From contig OX597821.1 of assembly GCA_951406725.2 (NCBI GenBank), forward strand, positions 103,354,001 through 103,418,000: a stretch of 64,000 nucleotides of DNA, given 5' to 3'. Below are positions 13,986 through 27,415 of this stretch, one piece after another. The notes under the pieces were generated by a model. The model saw only the letters and a list, made by a program, of their open reading frames with translations, made no database searches and was not told where the DNA came from. Position numbers and translations under genes: made by a program. Numbering within the stretch: position 1 is the stretch's first letter; every line of letters begins with the position of its first letter. The stretch comes from Octopus vulgaris. Taxonomy: Eukaryota.

Positions 13986-14659
13986 CACCATTTTTACAGT
14001 GAAAGAGTGTTTGGTCCGTTGGAAATCTCCAACGACCGAGGTTCGTAATTTCAAACTGTGATATGAAATATACAAGTGTATATTTCATATACAAATGTAT
14101 ATTTCATATCTTTGAAGGAAAACAGATGAGATTTGTCCAGTGTATCAGTAATTCAGTAACGTTGCCAAGAAAACACAGGATTGTTTTGAACTGAATCGTC
14201 CTGAGAAAACACTGGGTTGTATTAACTTGAATAATGCTAAGAAAACACCGGATTAGGATTTGCTATAAAACCAATGATAATTTAGTAACCTCGCTAAGAA
14301 AGCAATGAACTAGATTAACCTAAAGCTAACAATACTTCAGTAATCCTGATAAGAAAACGCTGGAATGGATTAGCTATGATCAGGAGCTGGGTTCGCAAAC
14401 GAAATTTTATGAAGAAGATTTCTCACATAAATCAGAGACTCACTGGTGGTTGGGTAACTAGTTCAAATCGCGATATGGGCTCACGACCCAAACAGCTGCA
14501 GTGGTATCAGTGGTATTCTGGTATCAGTGGTGCTGTGTCACGATTCTTCTTCAGTTTTCTTTTGTCATCGAATACTGCCCGTGTGCATTCTTGCAGTGGG
14601 GTGCAGACTTTAGTCATATTGGTTTCAAATTTTGGCACAAGGCCAGCAATTTTGGAATA

Positions 14660-14750
14660 GGACCTACGTATTACATGAAGTCGTCTAGAGTAAGTGTGGG
14701 ACAACTTACATCGAGAGGACCATCAGGAAACTACATATCCACATCAAGGC
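14660..14750 (+). mobile_element. Second fragment of the Penelope EN region
   Basis: CCTACGTATTACATGAAGTCGTCTAGAGTAAGTGTGG ... TACATCGAGAGGACCATC ... CACATCAAGG parallels 12934-13020. Confidence 0.7.
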
Positions 14751-15747
14751 TCATTACATCAACTTCACATAATACTTATTTAATCGACGGAGAAAAAGTA
14801 ATGTCGACCCCGGCGGCATTTGAACTCAGAACGTAAACATGAACAACATGTAGCAAAGCATTTCGCCCGTTTTACTAACTATTCTGCCGCCTCACCGTCT
14901 TAGAATTCAGTAATAGTATCAAGAAGACAGCGTTGGAATAACCAGATGAAAGAAGCCAACAGAAATTTAGAAATTTTGCTAAGAAAATAAATGGATTCGA
15001 TCAGCCTTAACTTGTGGCAATTTATTTATCGTTTATTTACTGATATTTCTTTACAAATCCTGTTTTAGTTTGTTATAACATTTCCCCAAATTGTATTACG
15101 TTCCCTATAGGATTCTCTACTCAAAACTAATTGTGTAGCTGAGAGGTGTATTCGCTGATATTACACCTATGTATGATACTAGTATATATTCAAGCTATTC
15201 ACAGAAGATATATGTGGTGGTCAGACCTGCTAGAAATAATAACCAAATACTTATCAAATCGTTTTCTGTTGTCTTAGAAAACAAAAGACATATTGAATAG
15301 TATAGCCTTGCTTGCAATTTGCCTGTCTGGAAACATATAAAATAGCCATGGTTTGGAACGGCTTTGATCTTAAGTGTGATTGTTGAAAGCTAAGCTGAAG
15401 CTGAGACCAAGTTACACCACTAAAAGACTGCAAGTGATTATCCACGTCAAGGCGGAAAGGATAAAGTGGTTCTGTGTGGTTTCATGACCAACTAAACATA
15501 GCAACCAAATTCCCTTCAAATCATACGCTACAGAGCCATGGAACCATACAATTATGTGTGTGTGTACATATAGTCAATTATGTGGATAAACAGATTAAAT
15601 ATTACAGAAAAATCTCTCTGTCGCTTGTTACTTTGTGTAAGTTTGATCTTTCAGTATGGAAATATATGTATATTTATACTTAAATATTCATCGTCTGAAA
15701 ATCTTCAGCTACTGTTTTATTTCTCTTTGCATATAAATTTATATATG

Positions 15748-15869
15748 CAGAAGTACCTCGGTTTTCGATCAATTCTGATCGCGAATAAATCGTGGTTTAT
15801 GTATATGTATAGACAGATATAGATATATATAAAGCACAATTTATTCGTTCGTAAACCGAGGTACTATTG
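15748..15869. mobile_element. Small Tigger/pogo-type MITE
   Basis: TIRs CAGAAGTACCTCGGTTTTCGA and TCGTAAACCGAGGTACTATTG followed by TA. An extra degenerate right end occurs at about 15931-15957. Confidence 0.55.
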
Positions 15870-16024
15870 TATTGAATGAATATGAGAAAGACAGGAGATA
15901 AAGTACGACTTATTCGTGATAAAGTACGATTTATTCGAAAAACGAAGTTCTACTGTATTCGCCATGATAGATCACCAGCCACTTAACCATTTTCTATTTC
16001 TTCTCCCTGTTTATTTTTGTGCCC

Positions 16025-16060
16025 CTTTCTGTCGAAGAGCGTAGGCTCGAAACGTAAAAA
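16025..16060 (+). ncRNA. Minimal hammerhead-like motif, CUGUNGA variant (copy 1)
   Basis: TTT-CTGTCGA-A-GAGC-GTAG-GCTC-GAAA-CGTA-AAA, in a repeat at about 15970-16150. Confidence 0.6.
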
Positions 16061-16161
16061 AACTTCTCACTTCCCGAGCGTTAAACTAATTACATCTGTT
16101 TGTTGTTTACACACCCGTCTTCGTCTTTTGTTATTTTGTAAATTCTCACTATATCTATATA

Positions 16162-16285
<124 letters not shown>

Positions 16286-17117
16286 CTAAATTTGTTCATC
16301 GAGGCTCAATTGCCTCCATATCTGCTTAACTGGTTTCCTCTTATAGCTATTCTTTATCGCGCAGAATTCGTCCCTCGTAAAGACTTCTGAGTCGAATTTC
16401 GAATCATTTGAGCGCTACTAAGTGTTTTCTATACCGAGCATCTCTGGATCTCATCTGTTGACCATACACAGACACGCACACACACAAACACACACACATA
16501 ATACATACATACATACATACATACATACATACATACATACATACATGCATGCATACATACAAACATGCATACATACATACATTGCTTAGAGCTGTCTTGA
16601 TAGATTCTAAAAAAACATGTAACCAATGATCACGGATTGGAATTGCAATGATGTATCCACACAATCCGCACTGACCTAAAATAAAACAAAATCAGCACCG
16701 CCACCACCAGCACCACCACCACCAGCACCGCCACCAACAGCTATAGCAGTAGCAGTAGAAATGTCCGTTTATTTGAACTACTCAAGGGGAAAATTAAATT
16801 AAAAATAAAATAATGACTTCACTTAAACCAGCAAAGAAAACTATGTTAACAAACCAAAAAGCGAAGTTCATTTTGTCTGAGACAACGTAATTGTTTCTGG
16901 CAGCCAGTTTTACCGATTATTTATTAAATATGATATGGCATTTTCGTGAGAAGGAATTACACTACTCTGAGTTTACGAAAGTGAAAGTACTTCTTCATTG
17001 ACCTACACGTATTTCAAAGTGCAGCTAAATAATCGGATGGTCTTAATTTCCATAACCTCTGTTTCTTTCTGCTATAATCGATCACTTTTCATTTGCAATA
17101 TCTATAGGCTTCGGAAA

Positions 17118-17880
17118 GCGGCGATCTGGCAGAAACGTTATCACGCCGGGCGAAATGCTTAGCAGTATTTCGTCTGTCTTTATGTTCTGAGTTCAAATTC
17201 CGCCGAAATCAACTTTGCCTTTCATCCTTTCGGGATCGATTAAATAAGTACCAGTTATGCACTGGGTTCGATGTAATCGACTTAATCCGTTTGTCTGTCC
17301 TTGTTTGTCCTCTCTGTGTTTAGCCCCTTGTGGGTAATAAAGAAATAGGTATTTCGCCTACCGCTGCGTTCTGAGTTCAAATTCCGCCGAGGTCGACTTT
17401 GCCTTTCATCCTTTCGGGATCGATTAAATAAGTACCAGTTATGCACTGGGTTCGATGTAATCGACTTAATCCGTTTGTCTGTCCTTGTTTGTCCTCTCTG
17501 TGTTTAGCCCCTTGTGGGTAGTAAAGAAATAGGTATTTCGCCTACCGCTGCGTTCTGAGTTCAAATTCCGCCGAGGTCGACTTTGCCTTTCATCCTTTCG
17601 GAATCGATTAAATAAGTACCAGTTATGCACTGGGTTCGATATAATTGACTTAATCTGTTTGTCTGTCCTTGTTTTTCCCCTCTGTGTTTAGCCCCTTGTG
17701 GGTAGTAAAGAAATAAGGAACGTTAGCACGCCGGGCGAAATGCTTAGCGGTATTTCGTCTGTTTTTATGCTCTGAGTTCAAATTCCACCGAGGTCGACTT
17801 TGCCTTTCATCCTTTTGGAGTCGATGAATTTAGTTTCAGTTGCGTATATTTCAACCCTTGTGCCTAGATTAGAAAAGAAT
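17118..17880 (+). mobile_element. SINE family C head-to-tail array (three 184-bp C2 units plus a terminal C unit)
   Basis: GTATTTCG starts recur at 17165, 17349 and 17533 (period 184). A fourth unit restarts at AACGTTAGCACG (about 17719). Confidence 0.92.
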
Positions 17881-18169
17881 ATATATAAGCGTCGGTAATC
17901 ATGGATTTGCATCCCAATGTCCAAAGGCTTCTGAATTTAAAGTTCAAGTGGCTGAGCATTCTGCTGACTCGCGTACACTTAACATGGCAGTTGCACGGTC
18001 GCGAAAGCTATGTTGTTATCCTCATTCCGTAAACGGTGGCTTTTAACGGGTGGAGAGCTGAACCATCCTGGGGTAGAGAGGATTCACAATCTAGACTAGG
18101 GTCTTAAAGTTTACTACACCATAGTGTGCTACACCATGGTTCCTTTGTTTTGTGGCAGAAGTAGGACGA

Positions 18170-18353
18170 AAGAGTGAGAGAAAGTTGTAGTGAAAGAGTA
18201 CAGCGGGGGTTCACCCACACACCACCGCCGTAGCCTCGTGGAACTTAGGTGTTTTTACTCAATAAACACTCACAATACCCGGTCTGGGAATCGAAACCGC
18301 GTTCTTAAGACCGCGAGTCCGCTGCCCTAACCACTGGGCCATTGCGTCTCCAC
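18170..18353 (-). mobile_element. SINE family A, 5' half
   Basis: Same tRNA-like head as 4884. A further A-body fragment lies at about 17935-17985. Confidence 0.85.
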
Positions 18354-18923
18354 CACTTGCTGTTGTTGATGTTGTGGCTGTTGATGTTACTGTTTTTGTT
18401 GTTGGTGATGGTGTTGGTGAGGATGGTATTTAAACTCATGCCGATCCATTTAGAAAAGTGCCTCTTTTATGGCATTTCAAACTACTGCAAGTTACATTAA
18501 TCAATCAGACATATGTAACCGTAAAAACAATAGAATCATATTTCCTCACACTAAAACAACACAATACAATTCGCTTTAGGAAGCGTTTGTGCATAGATAC
18601 ATTTGACGACGAGTATATCGTTACTCTAAAGTGTTGATTTCACAACTCGTAGAAGATGAATGGTCTGTAGCAGTCCGATATTCCATTACATTTATAAATA
18701 ATCCTCTGAAGAGTTTCTAGAACCAAACTCATTTTTCACTCCTTTCTGCAATAATTCAAATGCTTGCTTGATTCGGTATTATATTCTAAATAATTTTCTT
18801 AAGCTTCATTCCAGAAATAATAATCAGGTCACAGAATTGCCGAGAAGAAAGTTAACCATTCCACTTATGCGCGAACCACTATTATTATTATTATTATCAT
18901 TATTATTATTATTATTATTATTA

Positions 18924-18974
<51 letters not shown>

Positions 18975-18975
<1 letters not shown>

Positions 18976-19139
18976 GCCGGAGAAAATGCTTAGCGGCATC
19001 TCATATGTCTTTACGTCCTGAGATCAAATTCCGTTGAGGTCGAATTTCCCTCTCATTATTTAGGGGACGATAAAATAAGTACAAGTGGAGCCCTGGGATC
19101 GATGTAACCAACTTACTATCCCACTCCGAAATTTGAAAC

Positions 19140-19140
<1 letters not shown>
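18975..19140 (+). mobile_element. Diverged SINE family C embedded in (ATT)n
   Basis: AAATGCTTAGCGG ... GATCAAATTCCG ... GATAAAATAAGTAC, with (ATT)n on both sides. Confidence 0.7.
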
Positions 19141-19186
<46 letters not shown>

Positions 19187-19187
<1 letters not shown>

Positions 19188-20302
19188 TTTTGTTTTTTCT
19201 TCTTTCAAATTTTCTTCCATTTCTTGCCGAGTGTCTTCCCGACTCCTAGGGCAAAGAAACTCATAGTGTATATTGGTAGGCCATTAAACCAAACTCAGTA
19301 GTTCGTTCATTTTTTTTTTTTTTTTTTTGTTAAAGTTAAATTAAAATGCATGAGCAGCAACAGTTCTCACATCGACAATGCTCTTCTCAATACGTGTGAT
19401 GTACCAGTTAAGACAATCTTTTGCACTTCTTGCAGGGATGGTAAGCCAGGGATCATTCTCATATAATTTTCGATTCCCTTCTTGATCATTCCTAGTGCTC
19501 CTACGATCACTGGTATTGTAACCGCCTTGAGATGCCACATTTTCTCAATTTCAATGAGTAGGTCTTTATATTTTCTGAGCTTGTCAAACTCTTTCGCTGA
19601 GATATTATGATCACAGGGGATGCTCATGTCGATCAATAAGCAAACTTTAATGTTTTGGTCTTTCACAACAATATCTGGTTTATTGGCCTTGATGGTTCGG
19701 TCTGTATGTACTGGAAAGTCCCACAGAATGGTTACATTTTCTCCTTCAGTTACAGCCTCAGGGTGGTGATTATACCACTTGTCGGCAGTTTTGATATTGT
19801 AATGCCGACTTATTAGCCAGTGGAGATATTGGCCAACTCTGTCATGTCTTAATTTATACTCCACTGGTGCTAAGACTTTACATCCAGAGATTAGGTGGTC
19901 CACTGTTTCAATCATGTCGTTGCAGAATCGGCATTTTGGGTCTGCTCCATTTTTCATCACATTGGCCTGGTAGTTCCGGGTTGATAGGCTTTGGTCTTGA
20001 GCAGCGAGGATGAAACCTTCGCTCTCTGCTTTTAGCCCTGAGCTCCGCAGCCACTGATGGGTTTGCTTCTGGTCAACATCAGCTTGTTTGCTGCGGGTCA
20101 CATATTTGCCGTGCAGAGGTTTCTCCTCCCACCTATCAGCCAATTGCTCGTGCGCTTTTTTCATTGCCATCATTTTCACCTTCTTTGCAGCAATAGTTGC
20201 CGTACTTCCCTCGGGTTGTTCAGTTTGGGTATCCTGCACGAGATCAATAGCAAATTTTTTGCTTTCCTTGATGATAGAATGAAGCTTCTTTCGTCTCTCG
20301 TG
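19187..20302 (-). mobile_element. Non-LTR retrotransposon, RLE type (R4/Dong-like), 5'-truncated with intact zinc knuckle and endonuclease
   Basis: ORF 19367-20239 has CRFC...ETVDHLISGC (CCHC), RHD and KPDIVVKD...LLIDMSIP...KLRKYKDL (PD..D/ExK). 3' UTR runs to about 19187, with (AAT)n at both ends in element sense. Confidence 0.92.
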
Positions 20303-20380
<78 letters not shown>

Positions 20381-21018
20381 GTTATGACTATGTTTGCTTT
20401 ACATTTGCACAAGCTGGCTCCAAGTCTCACCCAGAGACCTCAAGAGACAACAAGTTGGAAGTTCATGTTGGTGTTATGCCTAGGGTGCCATATATTTGGT
20501 TTTGTACTTAGTGTTGTACTAGTGAATGCCTAAAAAACCATACGAAAATTATGTTTGTATTAAAACTTGAGATTACATAGAAAGTATTTTGCGTAGGATA
20601 TGTGCAGTTCCTATGAGCACTATCTTTTGAATTTCTGCCATTTTTGGGTTTCCTGGTATCTGAGTTAGGTAGCAATCGGCCCCATTTGTTATCATTCCCA
20701 GGGCACCTATGACAACAGGTATTGCTTTAGTCTTCAGGTTCCACATTTTGCTGATTTCTATTTCAAGATCTTTATATTTGCTCATTTTCTGGTAGGTCTT
20801 GACAGATATGTTTATATCGATTAGGACAGTCATATCAATGAGGAGGCATGTTTTTTGTCTGAAGTCTTTTACTATGATGTCTGGCCTATTCGCGTCTATC
20901 TTTCTGTCAGTTTGAATGGTGAAGTTCCAGAGGAATGAGATGTGGTCATTTCCAAGAACTGGAGGTGGTTTGTGTTCCCACCAGTTTTTATCATGAAGCA
21001 AGTCCAGGCTTTTGCAAA
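20381..21018 (-). mobile_element. Second RLE-type LINE 3' end (distinct subfamily)
   Basis: WEHKPPPV ... LWNFTIQTDRKIDANRPDIIVKD ... LLIDMTV ... KYKDLEIEISKMW ... VVIGALG (20573-21018). Has a different 3' UTR and (AAT)n on both sides. Confidence 0.9.
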
Positions 21019-21075
21019 TTATTATTATTATTATTATTGTTGTTGTTATTGTTGTTGTTGTTGTTGTTGTCGTCG

Positions 21076-21112
<37 letters not shown>

Positions 21113-21139
21113 TATTATTATGATTATGATTATTAAAGA

Positions 21140-22350
21140 TCGAGTAGAGGTCGCGAGTGCGAACATCACCTTCTTAATCACGCCCGTTGAACGGGACTGT
21201 TTACATTTCTGCCTCCTGTGGAAAGACCGCATTCTACTGGTCAGGCGGTCCGTAAATCGTCAGCGTGCTCTGGGAGACTGGCTTGCCATGTCATAGCTGC
21301 TAATCACCGACAGGTGTTGCGACTACGCAAATTCGTGAACCGGTATGGTCTCCGTTAGTAAGGCTCGCTTTTCCCCTGCTCATTTCTTTCACAGAGATGC
21401 AATCCTGGGTCTAGAAAAGACGAAGATTAGGCGCCTGGGATCAAGAATTTTGTCATGCGCTCAGTGCTTTCTGTAAGTCAGGGAATACGGTCAGTGGAAG
21501 TTCTACAGTAGCAGTACATAGTAATATAGTGGTGGGTAAGCGCCGTAACGTTCTCAGTGAAACTCTAGGAATTTGAGGCATTCAGAATCGGTACTACCAT
21601 GTATAACTTCCAGAAATCTCTAGCCTGGTAGTGCTGCTGAGGAATAGTGACAGTTTAAGATAAATTTTACAGGCACGTAAGCACTGTCAGGCGGGGCTGT
21701 TCGAGGTGCGCACAGAACGACGAAACCGTTCTGCATGCACTCGTGCAGTGTCCAAGTATTTTGGGTTTGTGGAGTTATGTCGAACAGCTGTTATCATGAG
21801 TGGGACTAATCCGAATATCGACCGAATCCACCGTGAGAATCGATGAACCTTTAACAAGGCAGAGCAATCGGTGTTCCTCTGTCCAGTGGCTATGGCGAAA
21901 GAGGTTGTGTGATGGACGAGAAAGGACTGAGAAAAGACATACTCCTCTTCAGTGAAGCTCTCACCGACTTTTGCAAGTTCCACCTGGAAAGGTAAGTGAG
22001 GGTGGAGAGATAAGTGCTACCTCGGAGTGAATTTATGAAAATATTGGTGACTGGCAAAATGGTTAGAGTGATTCACCACACTTTACGTATTCGCCTGTAG
22101 GGGAGCAAGAGGAGAGGGGGCCCGTACCATTGGTGGTCATGTTAATCCATGGTCTGTGGGCTTCCTTGATTGGCCCTTGTTGAGGTTTCTCCTGCTTTCG
22201 GAGGGTTGCATCTTTCATGTTATCACATTCTTTGTATACCATGTGCACATTTATCACATTTCATTGTCTTTTCCATTTGTTTCTCACCATCCTTTCTGTA
22301 AATCTCCACACAAATTGTTGCCTGTCCTTGTGATGTTCCCTTGTGGCTAA
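21140..22350 (+). pseudogene. Decayed L1/Tx1-clade ORF2 C-terminus plus 3' UTR
   Basis: Manual translation: NFQKSLAW*..VTV*DKFYRH..CSRCAQNDETVLHALVQC (zinc knuckle 21698-21751)..FLCPVAMAKEVV*WTR..FCKFHLER*VRVER. Multiple stops; boundaries approximate. Confidence 0.75.
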
Positions 22351-23037
22351 TAACAGAAATTAGCAGCACCGTCTATAACTCTTGGTCCAATAAGGCTTCC
22401 ACAACACCTCATAAACCTACTCGATATGATTCAGATACAAGCAACGTCAAACACTTCGTGCTAATATAGGTCGCAGGTTAAAGGTTGGGTGAGTGCTATG
22501 ACTTCAAGAGTAAGCAAAAGGCTAACCAAATGTCTCATGTTATTCTCTGTATATCCGGTTTTATATCGGAGCAACCTTCTCTTGGACACTACGTTGACTG
22601 AGATACATGTTGACCGGCGGCTGATATCAAATAAAGCGCTAAATACTTATAATATGCAAATTAGTTGCTCCAGGTCTCTGGCGCTACTGAATTTGTTGTG
22701 TTTATAAACAGATTGGCTGCGTGTTTCCCTTGGATTTGTTAAGTGGTGCAAACCTTTCTGATGATAAACCCAATTAGTTCCGAAAATCGATTAAGGCTGT
22801 TTGTCATTTCTTTTTCAATCTAAGTTGAGATACAAGCATTTGCCATGATGGTATGATTACTACGTAGCTGCATACGTATTTGCATATATTTTAACATTTC
22901 GCTTAGGCATTGATAATAACCTGGTGTTAAAACTCAATATACACATGCATTAGAGAAAGCGTAAGTCGAATACAGAGAATAATAAAAGATTATATAAGAG
23001 ACGAGAGAACAAGAAATTCTGTAATGATCTTCATTAG

Positions 23038-23090
<53 letters not shown>

Positions 23091-23932
23091 TCGTATCATT
23101 TTGCATCAGAAGTTAGAAACGAACACGAAGATATCCATATATGCGTGTATGTGTGTTTTAGTGCACCGGAACGCCAGTGTAACCAGTGCCAAAAGATTAA
23201 AAATGACGAAAACATAAATGTGTATGTATGTATATATGCCTCTCTTCCTCTGTCTCTGTCTGTCTTTCTCCCCCCCCCCTCTCTCTATATATATATTCTT
23301 ATAGTCTTTCTATATGTTTGATATAACTTTAAACATGTCAACATAAGAATAACAGTAGCGTCTGTGTTTCTTTTACTCTTGTTTTACTTTCTTGCAAAAT
23401 GTCGTCTGCAAGTTAAGAAAGAAAGATGTAAACTTAATCGATCTCTACGTACAAAATGAATAAACATAAACCATTATATGGAGCTAATCGTCGCTGTTAA
23501 AGTATGTCGAGATCGATTTACATGGTTAACTGACCTTAGCGACGGTATCTTGACGTAACGGAAATGTCTGCAAGAATACGCTCATTCAAACATCAGGTAT
23601 TCTTTTTAAGTAGCTGGAACCAAGCGTGGCACTTCACAAGCTTAGAATTCTGATCACGCAGACTCAACAGTCTCAAACGTATACATGTACACACACACAC
23701 GCACACACACATTCATACATGCATATATATATATATACACACACATGCATATACGCACACCGACACATACACACACACATATAAATGCCCATGAATACAC
23801 TGTCATACATATACATATACATATACATATATATGTGTGTTCACATACTCATATATATATATATACACATACCTATATAGAAGTATACACATGCATACTT
23901 ACAGATATAAACATATATATGCACATAGATTG

Positions 23933-23964
<32 letters not shown>

Positions 23965-24036
23965 GGCACTTATGCAAATATACATAGAAAATCAAACATA
24001 TTTATCTATATGCACACATACACATACATATATATG

Positions 24037-24080
<44 letters not shown>

Positions 24081-24744
24081 CACATTCGTACACACATTCG
24101 TACGTACACACCAAGCCTCATTTCGCATATACACTTGTACATACAGGAATGCTTTCACATACTTATTCACCAACAACCTACGTGCACACGCAAATACGTA
24201 CATAGACAATCGTACACTTGCAAAACTATGTACACAGACACACACACACACACGAGTCACATATATGTACACACACGCACGCACATACACACAGATAAAT
24301 GGATGGAAATACGAGTAGACACAAGTGCAATCATATACAGAGTCACATATGTAGATCTACGTACAGAGAAATACATAAACACATACATACAAAATGACGT
24401 AGAGCAATTTATACATACCTGCAAACACACAAGCAGACATACATATAAACACATACACAAAGGCACACACGCAAGCTTAAACATATATATATCCACATAC
24501 ACAGGCATAGATATACACACACATGCATAAACTTTTTCAAACCAGACTCGTACACGCTCACGTACCACGTGCGGGAAACACTACATGTTCATATAATCTG
24601 CTAGAAATAACCAAATTTCCCTTGGATCACAGCCTAACGTTTAAGAAAAAGCCACGTTGGGTAACATGGTCTTAAGTGTTCTTTGCATTTAAGGGTTTAA
24701 TGAATTGGTCACGGTTGGAATGTCTTTCATTCATCAGCGCTATT

Positions 24745-25045
24745 ACGACGACAAGCGTTCCAGTTGTTCCGATCAACGGAACAGCTTGCTCGTGAAATTA
24801 ACATGCAAGTGGCTGAGAGCTCCTCAGACACACGTACACTAGCGCAATTCTCAGGTAGATTCAGAATGTCACAGAATGTAACAAAGCCGTTCATTTGAAT
24901 TACAGGTACATCTCAATTTTGTCAGCTCAATGGACTGATGCAACGTGACGTAAAGTATATTGCTCAAAGACACAGGGCATTGCCGGGTATTGAACTCACG
25001 GCATACGCTCTTAGGCCGAATACACTGACAACGAATCCACACGTC
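24745..25045 (-). mobile_element. Older A-related SINE (CORE-like body)
   Basis: TTACGACGAC ... ATCAACGGAACAGCTTGCTCGTGAAATTAAC tail with a diverged head, as at 11190. Confidence 0.7.
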
Positions 25046-26038
25046 TTCCCCCTTGGACTAAACAACGACAATTAAGACGTAATCCCAAAGCAAACGAAAG
25101 ACTGAAAGTGAACGTGTATGAGATCAATAAATCTGTTCGAACCGAATTTTGATAAATTTAAACAAGGGAGAGGAATGGGTTAATAATTTCGCTCTGTAAC
25201 TGGGAGAGAGGCGGGGAGAAAGAAGGGATAGAGAGGGACAGAAGGGAGAGAGAAGAGAAGAGAGAGATGAGGGAGAATATGGGAGAGGTAAGAGAGAGAG
25301 AGAGAGGGGGGACAGAGGGAGTGAACGATAGAAACATTAAAATGTCTGATGCCTAATAAGCCAACGTCGAATGAGCTACGCCAGAACAGCTGCGTCAAAA
25401 CGTCTCAAAGTCGCAAATAACTACTTGAAGTAATGAAGGCTATTAATTATTATAAGCAATAAACAAAAACACAAAGAAAACCAAAACCAAAATAGAAGCA
25501 AAACAAATAACTAAACATTACGGCTTTGACTTAAAAGTTTATGAATTTTATGTAAAAAAGTTTTGATCAATAACTAAATCCTTAATGCTGATTCATCAAC
25601 GAATAACATACGACTGTTTGGTATTGTTGACAGCAGCTATCAATTAATCACATGATTTTCGATGTAGATTGTCATCTACTGCTTAAAATCATAAAAAAAA
25701 GTAAATCTCTCTTTCACAGAAATCGCTTCATTAGAAATTTAAAAGTAGATGACAGCCCATTAAATATTCTTAAACGCTGAAATGAGGTGTTTGTTTACTC
25801 TTACGACGTTGCGAGATCTAATACAACAATGAAAAGGAGAAAAGAAAAAAATTGTGAATCAACCAGTGTATTGTGGTTCACAAGCTTGTTATTTAACAAC
25901 ACGGTTTCAAGTTTTGTCCGACTATGCGGGGGTACCTTGGACAAGCGGTCTTCTTGAGTCTGGGATTATGTCGTATGCTTTGTCGGTGTGACGGAGAGGT
26001 AGATTGTGAGTCAAAACCCACCTTGTATATATATATAT

Positions 26039-26770
26039 GTTAGTTAGTTAGTTAGTTAATTTGGCTCAAAAGCAAATAACAAGGCCATGTAGGGGGACAT
26101 GGAGTTAAGTACAGAGTGGTGTTCATGTAAAGAGTTCAGGCCACTTGAGGTCAAGGGAGGCTTTGAACAAAGCGGTCGTCGGCATCTTCACCATCTCGTC
26201 TGGCAGCTTGTTCCACGGATCCGCAACCCGTACGGAGAAAGCTCCTCTCCTTCGATTGAGATGAAATCGTCGCAGGTAGAGCTTTTCGGAATTACCCCGC
26301 AGCCGACGCTCTGGAGCAGGAGTGAAGAACAGCTCTTTCGAGAGGTCACACTTTCCGCTTATGATGTTGTGGGCGAGAATGAGATCCCCATGGCGGCGGC
26401 GTTTTTCAAGAGAATAAAGGTCGAGCGTCCTCAGCCTTTCTTCATAGGACAAATTTTTGAGACCATGAACCAGGCGGGTAGCCAGCTTCTGGACTCTTTC
26501 GAGATGCTGTATGTCTTTGAGGAGATAAGGAGAAGAGGCTTGAATCCCGTACTCCAATATGGGTCTCACCAGCGTGACATAGAGTGGTAGGAATATGGCT
26601 GCTGTGAGCATTCCGAATGACCGTCGAATCAAGAACAGAATTCCGCGTGCTTTGTTGGCAGCATGGACGCACTGGGCCGAAGGCGAAAAGGAGGAATCCA
26701 CCAAGATACCCAGGTCCTTTACCTGATCGGTCCTCTCCAGCAGCAGACGACCCGGCTCGGAGCACAGCAT
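26039..26770 (-). mobile_element. CR1-clade LINE, 3' end of ORF2 and (ACTA)n tail
   Basis: ORF 26123-26770 reads KDLGILVD ... LYVTLVRPILEYG ... LERVQKLATR ... SYEERLRTLDLYSLEKRR ... GDLI, a typical CR1 RT C-terminus. Confidence 0.93.
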
Positions 26771-26877
26771 AGTTGAAGAACTCGACTCTATTGGAGCCCC
26801 GACTATTTTGAGTTCAAATTCCGTAGGGGTTTACCTAGATGTAGACTTGATTCTTCTCTAGCTTGTCGTCGAGGGTT

Positions 26878-27005
26878 AAGGTGTATGGCTGAGTGGTTAG
26901 CGTGTTGAACTCAAGACTGTAAGATTATGGTTTCGATTCCTGGACTTATTATTCTTGAGCAAAACACTTCATTTCACGTTGATACAGTCTACTCAGCTGT
27001 AAAAT
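26878..27005 (+). mobile_element. A-related SINE head plus CORE-like body
   Basis: TGGCTGAGTGG A box, GTTTCGATTCC B box and TTCTTGAGCAAAACACTTCATTTCACGTTG. Confidence 0.65.
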
Positions 27006-27377
27006 GTCTGTCTGTCAGTCTATGTGTCTGTCTCTGTGTCTATCTGTCTGTCTATAAAATATATGTAAAAATATTCGTAGGAACCGCTCATAAACCTCAC
27101 GGAACCTACTGATTGGTGTAAACTAGCAAATATTCCTTCGGTGAACATTCGATATAGTCAGAAAACTAATGCAATTTTTTGCCTAAAGAAACAAACAGAT
27201 GTATTAATGTTTCTCCATAAAATCCACGGATATTTCAAATCATATGTGTAATGGCCTATGGATTGTAAATGCAGCAACAAAAACATGTGATATGTGGAAA
27301 CGTGCGTAGCAATATAATAAAGGATTTACGAATTTTCATTCATGAGTTCTCGTTATTACTAGACACACACACACACA

Positions 27378-27415
<38 letters not shown>

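Noticed and set aside
17165-17716. CRISPR-like repeat-spacer array
   Set aside because: The units are identical throughout with no unique spacers, the content is eukaryotic SINE, and there are no cas genes.
18703-18735. CTGAAGA hammerhead-like start
   Set aside because: No GAAA, stem III or stem I partner.
21985-21998. Strong splice donor AAG|GTAAGT suggesting a host exon
   Set aside because: It lies inside the decayed L1/Tx1 frame, and there is no supporting open exon.
26099-26590. 163-aa plus-strand ORF
   Set aside because: Antisense shadow of the CR1 ORF2.
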